Part shown: piece by piece, positions 29,062-36,596 of the stretch | Layout of the letters: every line of letters begins with the position of its first letter | Position numbering within the stretch: the stretch's first letter is position 1 | Assembly (NCBI GenBank): GCA_039810845.1 | Contig: JBDHXS010000001.1 | Coordinates: 1-36,596 of the forward strand | Length of the DNA stretch: 36,596 bases | DNA from: Runella sp. | Lineage (GTDB): Bacteria > Bacteroidota > Bacteroidia > Cytophagales > Spirosomataceae | Direction: 5' to 3' | Translations under genes and position numbers: made by a program | Notes under the pieces: model-generated | Databases searched by the model: none | Seen by the model: the letters and a program-made list of their open reading frames with translations, nothing else | Told to the model about the DNA's origin: nothing

Positions 29062-30354
29062 CTACTTCTTAGGAGCTTTATAAGTAATCCGATATAGTGT
29101 CCCATTCAAGTCATCAGTCACATAGAGTGAACCATCGGAGCCTTGGGCAAGTCCTGTAGGGCGGTGTTGAATGGGACCCGTGGGTTTCGCTAAATCAGTT
29201 CCAGCGAAATTGTCCGCAAAGATTTCCCACGGCCCAGAAGGCTTACCGTTTTTGAACGGTACAAAAGCCACCATGTAGCCCTTTTTTAAAACAGGCGACT
29301 GCCCATGGAAGGCAATAAACGCACCATTGCGGTATTTAGCAGGGAACATTTTACCTGTATAAAATAATAGCGCATTAGGCCCCATGTGTGCAGGAAAATC
29401 AGCGATGGGATTGATGGCTTTTTCAGCCCCCGTTTTTTTGCCATCGCCTCCATATTCGGGGCAGAGGATTTTCTTCTTTTGGAACGGGTCATAATACACA
29501 TACGGCCAACCAGCATCGTCGCCTTCGTGTACTTCATATAAGGTTTCGGCAGGCAGTTTTTCGCTGTCTTGAGGTGTGTAATACTGTGGAAATACATCGT
29601 GGAATTTGCCGCGCCCGTGCATCAGTACAAAAAGTGAGTTAGTACCCGAATTCCAATCCAATCCTACGACATTTTTCAAACCCGTAGCATAACGAATGCC
29701 ATCACCATATTGCTGATTCAATTGATTGGTTTTAAAACGCCAAATACCACCAACCGAATCCAACAATGGGCACGGCATTTTGCCTTTGTTTGTGCCTGCT
29801 TCTTTGCAGGTTTCGTCGTAAGAACCTACGTTAACATAAACATAACCGTTGTTGTCTACAGCAATATTTTTGGCCTCATCGCGGCCTCTGGTCACCAATC
29901 CTTTTACAATCTGTTCTGGATTGTTGATGTCTATAATCTCTTCATTTTCATTGAGTTTGTATCGATACACACCTGTATAAGAAGAAGCATATAAATATCC
30001 CTGACGAATAAAAATACCCGAGCCTTTGTAATCGCCAAAACCGATTTTTTCGTCAATCACACCATCGCCGTTGGTATCGCGTAGGCGGTAAATGGCTTTT
30101 CCGTCTTTGAGTTTGTTGATTTTGACGTAGATATCGCCGCCTTTCGATACCGCAATGTGGCGTGGTGTTTCCAAATCTTCGGCCAAAATAGTAGCTGAAA
30201 AGCCCGCAGGCATTTTAGTATCAGTAGCGGGAATGACGCCAAATGAGGTGTTTTCAATTTTTGAGGGCGCAGATTCGTCACTTTTGTAAGCGACCAGACT
30301 ACTCGCTGTGACCAGTGCAGTAGCCACAGAAAGTGTTCGTAGAAATGGATACAT
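29062..30354 (-). CDS. PQQ-dependent sugar/sorbosone dehydrogenase family beta-propeller
   Basis: PRHIAV, RDTNGDG, YATGLKNVVGLDW, GWPYVY, PAHMGP, RPTGLAQGSDGSLYVTDD; signal peptide. Confidence 0.85.
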   Translation of the reverse strand: MYPFLRTLSVATALVTASSLVAYKSDESAPSKIENTSFGVIPATDTKMPAGFSATILAEDLETPRHIAVSKGGDIYVKINKLKDGKAIYRLRDTNGDGVIDEKIGFGDYKGSGIFIRQGYLYASSYTGVYRYKLNENEEIIDINNPEQIVKGLVTRGRDEAKNIAVDNNGYVYVNVGSYDETCKEAGTNKGKMPCPLLDSVGGIWRFKTNQLNQQYGDGIRYATGLKNVVGLDWNSGTNSLFVLMHGRGKFHDVFPQYYTPQDSEKLPAETLYEVHEGDDAGWPYVYYDPFQKKKILCPEYGGDGKKTGAEKAINPIADFPAHMGPNALLFYTGKMFPAKYRNGAFIAFHGQSPVLKKGYMVAFVPFKNGKPSGPWEIFADNFAGTDLAKPTGPIQHRPTGLAQGSDGSLYVTDDLNGTLYRITYKAPKK

Positions 30355-30477
30355 AAAGTAAAAGGAGGTTGAAGTTAGATTACTTTGGTATAAAGCAATT
30401 TGAAAACAGATTATAACGTTGGTAGAGTTTTGAAATACCAGCTTACTCCAATTCTATCAACCTCGAAACTTACCTCA

Positions 30478-31143
30478 TCATTTGCCAAATTGGTAACCTA
30501 AGCGTATGGCAAAAAGAGGATGTAGGTTGGCGAAAGAAGAATTTCTGTTTTCGGAACGAACTGATTCACTAAAGAATCCGATAGAAGGCTTCGTAATAGT
30601 TTCTCTTAACTCCACTTTTGAAAAATACAGCTCAATGGCAGTTGCAGTTTCTATCGAGAGCGATAAATCTTGCCAAAACACTTTCCGAAAGCCTACAAAA
30701 AGATTGCTCCCCAAACCTTGGCTATTAAGCATCGTACGCTTCACGATTTGTTCGGTTTGTACGTTGTTTTCATCAAAATAATAGGATCGTCCCTCCCAAA
30801 AAGGATCTGTATTTTTTTTGAATTGAAAGTCCCCCAACAGCTCAAATCCATATATAAAGTCAATAGATTTCAACCTTCGATAAAACTCGTATCCAAGATT
30901 TATCCGTGCATTATTATTCCTTTGTTCCATAAATGGATTGGTATTATCACTGCTCAGGCTCCCTCCAAGTTTTAGCCTATAATTCCCCCTGTGATTTGCG
31001 TGGGGAATCCTCAAAAGGACATTGGGAATTTCTTTCTCTTTGTTGATTAGCGGTAATAGGTCAATGGAAATTTCCTTTTGTTGAGCAAAAGCAAAACCTG
31101 GTACCGATAACAAACCAATGACTAAGAGTGTGGTAAACTTCAT
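30478..31143 (-). CDS. Hypothetical exported protein, probable outer-membrane beta-barrel
   Basis: Signal peptide ending AFA/Q; INLGYEF; C-terminal IRLGYQF. Confidence 0.65.
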   Translation of the reverse strand: MKFTTLLVIGLLSVPGFAFAQQKEISIDLLPLINKEKEIPNVLLRIPHANHRGNYRLKLGGSLSSDNTNPFMEQRNNNARINLGYEFYRRLKSIDFIYGFELLGDFQFKKNTDPFWEGRSYYFDENNVQTEQIVKRTMLNSQGLGSNLFVGFRKVFWQDLSLSIETATAIELYFSKVELRETITKPSIGFFSESVRSENRNSSFANLHPLFAIRLGYQFGK

Positions 31144-31167
31144 AACGTTAAAAGGATTAAAATGTGA

Positions 31168-32109
31168 TTACTTCACCTCGGTGAAATTGAGCTTGGGCAA
31201 TTTCATGGCATTCTCAATCAGCTGAATCTCAATATTTAAGATGCCCACTTCTGACGCGAGGTCGATTTTTTCGATGTCGTCGGTAGGTTTGTGGTAGTCG
31301 TCGTGGCCGCCCGTGTGGAAAAACAATACAGGGATTTTCTTGGCATAAAACGAGGCGTGGTCAGCACCGCCACTGCCCGAATTGTCCGTAAAAAATTTAA
31401 CTTTACCCCCATTTACCTCCTTAAAAATGGCGGGCCAAGCATCGCTGGTACCGTAGCCCCCAATACCCACGCCACGGTCGGGCGCGTAGCGGCCAATCAT
31501 GTCCATGTTGGCCATAAAATTTATTTTTTCCAACGGAAGAGTCGGGTTATTCACAAAGTAACGCGACCCTACCAAACCCAGTTCTTCGGCTCCGAAAGCG
31601 ATAAAGAGGAAGTTATAGGACTCTTTGACGTCGTTTTTGGCAAAATATCGCGCCAATTCTATCAATCCTGCCACACCCGACGCGTTGTCGTCGGCGCCGT
31701 TGTGAATTTGCCCTACCGCATTGGCGTCACGCAAACTTCCTTGACGGCCTTCACCCAAGTGGTCGTAATGCGCGCCGATGACGATGGTGTATGGCGCGCC
31801 ATTGTCCAGAAAACCAATTACGTTAGAGGCGGGACGAATACTGTCGGGAACAACTACACGGCGTACTTTGGCCGTAAAAGGCTGCAAGAAACCATCGGTG
31901 CCGAGGGGAGTGAGTCCATTTTTCTTAAATTGTTTGACAATGTACGCCGCCGCTTTTTTATTCTCTTTGCTGCCTGTTCCTCGCCCTTTCATTTTATCAG
32001 AGGCTAAAAACTGAATGTGTTTTTCGATGGATTCCTTGGTTGGACGTACAGATTGGCTGTATAAAAACGGAGATACAAGGAAAAAAGCGAGAACAATAAA
32101 AGACTTCAT
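31168..32109 (-). CDS. M28 family zinc metallopeptidase
   Basis: LASDKMKGRGTGS, IGAHYDHLG, NGADDNASG, FGAEELGLVGS, NMDMIGR, DYHKPTD. Confidence 0.92.
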   Translation of the reverse strand: MKSFIVLAFFLVSPFLYSQSVRPTKESIEKHIQFLASDKMKGRGTGSKENKKAAAYIVKQFKKNGLTPLGTDGFLQPFTAKVRRVVVPDSIRPASNVIGFLDNGAPYTIVIGAHYDHLGEGRQGSLRDANAVGQIHNGADDNASGVAGLIELARYFAKNDVKESYNFLFIAFGAEELGLVGSRYFVNNPTLPLEKINFMANMDMIGRYAPDRGVGIGGYGTSDAWPAIFKEVNGGKVKFFTDNSGSGGADHASFYAKKIPVLFFHTGGHDDYHKPTDDIEKIDLASEVGILNIEIQLIENAMKLPKLNFTEVK

Positions 32110-32132
32110 ACAATACAAAATGGGTGGTTGTT

Positions 32133-32161
32133 AAAATAAAACAGCCCGCAAAATACGGGCT
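32133..32161 (-). terminator. Intrinsic terminator after the YeaQ/YmgE gene
   Basis: On the - strand AGCCCG-tattttg-CGGGCT followed by GTTTTATTTT. Confidence 0.6.
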
Positions 32162-32189
32162 ATTTATGTATAAAACGTTGATAAATGCT

Positions 32190-32438
32190 TTACTTTTTAA
32201 TGAGGCCAATGACGAACAATACCAACAATGCCCCAACAACGGAGGTGAGAATCGTACTTAATAAACCTGCGCCCAACGAGACACCGAGCTGCCCAAAGAC
32301 CCAATTCCCAACAAAAGCACCTACAATTCCGACAACGATATTGCCAAAAAGGCCAAATCCAAATCCACGTTTGATTTGACCAGCCAACCATCCTGAAACG
32401 GCTCCTACAATCAAGACATAAATTAAATTGCTCATCAT
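32190..32438 (-). CDS. GlsB/YeaQ/YmgE (transglycosylase-associated) membrane protein
   Basis: LIVGAVSGWLAG...GLFGNIVVGIVGAFVG...SVVGALLVL. Confidence 0.92.
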   Translation of the reverse strand: MMSNLIYVLIVGAVSGWLAGQIKRGFGFGLFGNIVVGIVGAFVGNWVFGQLGVSLGAGLLSTILTSVVGALLVLFVIGLIKK

Positions 32439-32507
32439 TAGTAAGGGTTTAGGGTTGATAAGAAAGCAAATAAAATTATTTTTGTGGTATTTTACAATGA
32501 AATAATA

Positions 32508-33080
32508 TTATTCTTTAAAGAAGTACATTACAAGCATAGTAGCTGTGGTATCGCCTGTATTGCTCGGTTTGTGAGGAAGGTTGGCATCAAAAAAGATAGA
32601 ATCCCCTGCATTTAACACGTATTTTTGATCACCAACGGCGTATTCTACTTGCCCACTAATGATGTACTTATATTCAAAAGCATTGGTTTTTACCATGAAA
32701 GAACGGGTAGCTTTGGGGGCTAATTCCAGTATGACAATGTCGGTAGGCGTATTTTGAATGTTTCTTGTCAGCACACGCTTGTACGAAAAACCGCGAGATT
32801 GTTCTTTCTCAAAAGCCTGATATTCATCATTATGCTTTACTACTACTTTACTTTCAGAGGCTTGCTCCACATCGGCAAAAAAATCGTTTAAGTCTACCCC
32901 CAACGAGCGAATCAGATTGATGAGAACGATGAGCGATGGAATGGTACGGTTGTTTTCAATTTGAGAAATCAAGCCTTTGCTCACTTGCGCACGATCGGCA
33001 AGCTGCTGAATAGTAATGCCCTTCGATTTTCGATAGTCTTTCAACTTGCTGCTGATTTGCAGAATTACTTCATTGGCCAT
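32508..33080 (-). CDS. XRE-family HTH + cupin transcriptional regulator
   Basis: RKSKGITIQQLADRAQVSKGLISQIENNRTIPS; EYKYIISG...LNAGDSIFFDANLPH. Confidence 0.92.
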   Translation of the reverse strand: MANEVILQISSKLKDYRKSKGITIQQLADRAQVSKGLISQIENNRTIPSLIVLINLIRSLGVDLNDFFADVEQASESKVVVKHNDEYQAFEKEQSRGFSYKRVLTRNIQNTPTDIVILELAPKATRSFMVKTNAFEYKYIISGQVEYAVGDQKYVLNAGDSIFFDANLPHKPSNTGDTTATMLVMYFFKE

Positions 33081-33246
33081 GTAATTAATAGAAACTTTTA
33101 GGTTTGAATAATCAAAGCAAATCTAACTACTTTAAAACCCCAAACTCTCCCATAAATACTTATCTACCGACACATTCTGTTGAAATACCTCAATAATTTT
33201 TGGGTGGCAAATTTGTTTCTTAATTTTCCAATAAAAACACCATTCC

Positions 33247-34350
33247 ATGAAAAGTCCCGCATGGCAAATCACAGTGCATATTTTGTGCGGATTAGCGTTT
33301 TTGGCGTTGCCTTACATTTTTGCTCCTGAAGGGTTCTCTCATATTTTACGAGTTCCTTCCAATCCCCATGAACTAACAAATTTTGTTGCGTATTTGGTGA
33401 TGTTGGGGGTTTTCTATGTCAACTATTACTATCTAATTCCTCAATTCTATTTTGCTCAAAAATATATTGTTTATGGCCTGACTGTTGGGATATTTTTTGG
33501 GATTATTTTTTTATTGTTGGTATCTGTAGATCGTACTGATATTGGGGCGGGATTGTACCGAGATAGCCCACCTATCCACCATCATACGCCTTCACTAACG
33601 ATAAAGCCACGTCCTCAGTCTATGCCACCTACTCCTTTTGGCGAAATAGGCCTAAATAAGCCTCCTGTTGGATTTGAATTGAGTCATGCTTTGTTTTTAT
33701 ATTTAGTAGGGATATTTGTCTCGCTAACGTTGGGAATCAATCATCGTTTGCGCCAGACCGAGCGCGAAAAGCTGAATACCGAATTGTCTTTTCTAAAAGC
33801 CCAAATTAACCCACATTTTCTGTTCAATATCCTCAATACTATTTATTCGTTGGCTATTGAGCAATCGCCCCGAACGCCTGATGCCGTAGTAAAATTGTCG
33901 TCGCTGATGCGGTATGTGATGCGCGAGGCAGATACGGAATTTGTACCTTTGGTCAAAGAATTTAACTACATTGAAAACTATGTTGCTTTGCAGCAACTGC
34001 GCCTTGACGATACGGCAGAGATAGATTTTACGATAAAAGGTCGCCCGAATGGACAACAAATAGCTCCTTTGATTCTAATTTCTTTTATCGAAAATGCTTT
34101 TAAATATGGCGTCAATCCGCAACAGAAATCACTGATTCAGTTATATCTTTCTATCGCAGAAAATCATTTACATTTGCGGACGTTCAACAAAAAAGTTCGG
34201 GTATTTCATAATGATGAGGCTTCCAGTGGAATTGGAATAGAAAATACTAAAATGCGACTAAAACTGCTTTATCCAGACAAACATTTGTTGATAATCAATG
34301 AAACTGCCCAAGATTTTACTGTAGAGTTGACCCTTCATTTAGAAAGTTAA
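33247..34350 (+). CDS. LytS/YehU-type sensor histidine kinase
   Basis: ELSFLKAQINPHFLFNILN, LSSLMRY, FIENAFKYG, SGIGIENTKMRLKLLYP; about 4 TM segments. Confidence 0.93.
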   Translation: MKSPAWQITVHILCGLAFLALPYIFAPEGFSHILRVPSNPHELTNFVAYLVMLGVFYVNYYYLIPQFYFAQKYIVYGLTVGIFFGIIFLLLVSVDRTDIGAGLYRDSPPIHHHTPSLTIKPRPQSMPPTPFGEIGLNKPPVGFELSHALFLYLVGIFVSLTLGINHRLRQTEREKLNTELSFLKAQINPHFLFNILNTIYSLAIEQSPRTPDAVVKLSSLMRYVMREADTEFVPLVKEFNYIENYVALQQLRLDDTAEIDFTIKGRPNGQQIAPLILISFIENAFKYGVNPQQKSLIQLYLSIAENHLHLRTFNKKVRVFHNDEASSGIGIENTKMRLKLLYPDKHLLIINETAQDFTVELTLHLES

Positions 34351-34417
34351 ATCCAACAACTGTTTTGAGGAACTGCTTCTATTTATGTAAAATGGGCTAA
34401 AAACCCATACCACAATT

Positions 34418-35110
34418 ATGCTGAAAGCCATTGCGATAGACGACGAACCCCCTGCGCTGAGGGTCATTGCCCATTTTTGTAATCAGGTGGATTTTATTGA
34501 CCTCCAAAAAACATTTTCCCGTACCGACGAAGCACTCGGCTACTTAGAAAACAATTCGGTTGACTTACTTTTTTTGGACATCAACATGCCCTCCATGTCG
34601 GGTATTGAGTTTTATAAAGCGATTCCCCAAGAAGTCATGGTCATTTTTACGACGGCTTATGCCGAGTACGCTGTTGAAGGCTTTAACTTGAGTGCCATTG
34701 ATTATTTATTGAAGCCTTTTACGCTCGAACGTTTTCTACAGGCTGTCCATAAAGTGAAAGAATATCAACAATTTCTTCAAAAAAAGGAAGCCGAAACCCT
34801 TCAATACTTATTTATCAAGGCCGATTACAGTGTTTATAAAATAGCGATGCCAGCTATTTTGTTTATCGAAGGTTTAGACGATTATCTTAAAATTCATGTC
34901 GAGAATAGTAAATCTATCGTAGCCAGAATGACCATGAAGGCGATTATGGAGAAACTCCCGTCCAATGATTTCATCCGTGTTCACCGCTCTTTTATTATTC
35001 CGTTTCACCGCATCGAAAACGTCCGCAATAAGATAATTTCTTTACAAGGTGAAGAAATTCCGATTGGAGTAAGTTACGAAGCCGAGTTCTTCAAACGGTT
35101 TTCTTTGTAA
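34418..35110 (+). CDS. LytTR-family response regulator
   Basis: IDDEPPA, FLDINMP, FTTAY, DYLLKP; FIRVHRSFI LytTR motif. Confidence 0.95.
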   Translation: MLKAIAIDDEPPALRVIAHFCNQVDFIDLQKTFSRTDEALGYLENNSVDLLFLDINMPSMSGIEFYKAIPQEVMVIFTTAYAEYAVEGFNLSAIDYLLKPFTLERFLQAVHKVKEYQQFLQKKEAETLQYLFIKADYSVYKIAMPAILFIEGLDDYLKIHVENSKSIVARMTMKAIMEKLPSNDFIRVHRSFIIPFHRIENVRNKIISLQGEEIPIGVSYEAEFFKRFSL

Positions 35111-35247
35111 AAGTGCTGTTTTTAGCAACGCTTCCGCTGATGTATGCGTAATAAGTACTGACAACCTATACATCATCCCAAAATCCTGTCTTGAATTTGC
35201 CATAGCTCTCCCTGTTTTTTTGACTCACCTTAAACTAAAACAGCACT

Positions 35248-36576
35248 ATGAGCAGCATGTCAAAACTCATCATTGGCGCATTAATCGCGTTTTGTATCGC
35301 CTTATTTAGTTGTAAACAAAACGACCTCGACCCACAAGATGTGGATACGGTGCCCGTTACAAGTACCACTGCCGACATTCGCGATTCGCTTTGGTTGTAT
35401 ATGCAAGATGTCTATTTGTGGTACGACAAACTACCTACTACGTTTAATCCTCGCAGTTATAGTGACCCCGAAAGCGAAATGGACGCATTACGCGCCTATC
35501 AGCCACTCGACCAATGGTCGTTTGTGGAAAAAGCAAGCACGTTCAATAGCTATTTTTCGGATGGAGAAACGCAAGATTTTGGCTTTTGGATAAAATACGA
35601 TGCCAACAACGACCTGCGCGTGCGTTATGTGTATGCTCAGTCCCCAGCAGGGAAAGCAGGAATAGAACGAGGCTGGAAACTTACAACAATCAATGGTCAA
35701 TCTGTGAAATCGCTTTCGGACAATGCCATTGTGAGCGCTTTTTACAATGCTACAGCTACCACCTTCGGTTTTCAAAAGGCTGACGGAAGCACTACAACAA
35801 CCCCTCTGACTACTGCCACTTATACTTTAAACACGGTTTTGTTTAATAAAACCTACGACGTAGCTGGGCGAAAAGTGGGTTATTTGGTATTCAATAGTTT
35901 TACGGGTACACCTTCTCAAAATGAATTGAAAGCCGTTCTGAATAATTTTGAAAGTACGGGAGTAAATGAACTTATCGTGGACTTACGTTACAATGGCGGC
36001 GGCGATGTGGAGACCCAAACCATGCTTGCCAATGCTCTTGCCCCCACAAGTGTAACGCGTTCATCGGTGATGTTTAGCTATATTCATAATACTAAACTAT
36101 CGCAGTGGAATGAGACGATTCGTTTCGCAAAAACTGGTTCACTCAATTTGTCTCGTATTTTCTTTATCACATCGGCGGCATCAGCCTCGGCTTCTGAGTT
36201 GTTGATTAATAACCTGAAACCCTATCTTGATGTAAAAACTATCGGGAGTACTACCCACGGTAAACCTGTAGGGATGTATGGTTTTGAGGTGATGGATTAT
36301 GTGATTGCTCCGATTGCGTTTAAGACGGTCAATGCCAACAATGAAGGTGATTATTTCTCTGGAATTGCAGTAAATGCAGCGGTAGCCGATGGGCTCGATA
36401 AAAGCTGGGGCGACCCATTGGAAAATTGCTTAGCAGCGGCGTTGGGATATATTCAAACAGGAAGTTTTACTGTAACTACCAATGGGCGACTTTCGGCAGA
36501 GCAAGAGCTTACAAATACCCCTTTCGATAAACGCAACGTCCGTGACATCGTTGTCAAAAAATCCAGCATCCGGTAG
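35248..36576 (+). CDS. S41-family peptidase lipoprotein with a PDZ domain
   Basis: Lipobox LFSC; YLWY; SPAGKAGIERG (PDZ); VDLRYNGGG; SASASELLIN; GSTTHGK. Confidence 0.9.
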   Translation: MSSMSKLIIGALIAFCIALFSCKQNDLDPQDVDTVPVTSTTADIRDSLWLYMQDVYLWYDKLPTTFNPRSYSDPESEMDALRAYQPLDQWSFVEKASTFNSYFSDGETQDFGFWIKYDANNDLRVRYVYAQSPAGKAGIERGWKLTTINGQSVKSLSDNAIVSAFYNATATTFGFQKADGSTTTTPLTTATYTLNTVLFNKTYDVAGRKVGYLVFNSFTGTPSQNELKAVLNNFESTGVNELIVDLRYNGGGDVETQTMLANALAPTSVTRSSVMFSYIHNTKLSQWNETIRFAKTGSLNLSRIFFITSAASASASELLINNLKPYLDVKTIGSTTHGKPVGMYGFEVMDYVIAPIAFKTVNANNEGDYFSGIAVNAAVADGLDKSWGDPLENCLAAALGYIQTGSFTVTTNGRLSAEQELTNTPFDKRNVRDIVVKKSSIR

Positions 36577-36596
36577 CATTTACCGCAACAAAATGG

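Noticed and set aside
30270-30300. LVAYKSDE as a mutated lipobox (LVAC) in the sugar dehydrogenase
   Set aside because: Equally compatible with an ordinary signal peptidase I site; needs ortholog comparison
31291-32007. 238-aa antisense ORF, and similar shadow ORFs over accB, prpE, uvrA and DUF1501
   Set aside because: Opposite well-supported genes and without recognisable motifs; expected from codon bias
33165-35163. TACCGACA (33165) and TACTGACA (35156) as shared LytTR boxes
   Set aside because: Partner half-sites 21 bp away are too degenerate to distinguish from chance

Overview
Bacterial chromosomal window. Gene content, a Cys-free L32 and TAnnTTTG promoter boxes suggest Bacteroidota, probably Cytophagales-like (inference). 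Left to right: (1) the 3' end of a DUF1553 gene, DUF1501 and a membrane/cytochrome c/LRR gene, interrupted by a REP-associated tyrosine (Y1/HUH) transposase inside an array of nine copies of a ~49-bp double-hairpin repeat; (2) DUF2911, DUF2141, a sugar MFS and an OM barrel; (3) the housekeeping yceD-rpmF-plsX-fabH-efp-accB-accC cluster; (4) a serine hydrolase lipoprotein and a GNAT; (5) a short-chain carboxylate uptake/sensing module: stand-alone IS1 InsA-like Zn-ribbon/HTH protein, porin, MHS-type MFS, two small membrane proteins, SLC5-STAC-histidine kinase, receiver-only regulator, PrpE/Acs-like ligase; (6) uvrA, a PQQ-type sugar dehydrogenase, an OM barrel, an M28 peptidase, a YeaQ/YmgE protein, an XRE-cupin regulator, a LytS/LytTR pair and an S41 peptidase lipoprotein. 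There are two best leads. The first is the RAYT repeat array, with compensatory stem changes and 123-bp mini-elements carrying the transposase 3' end. The second is the possibly domesticated transposase DNA-binding domain, which may supply the missing output of the transporter-kinase system. All family calls come from motif recognition by eye, and no database search was run.
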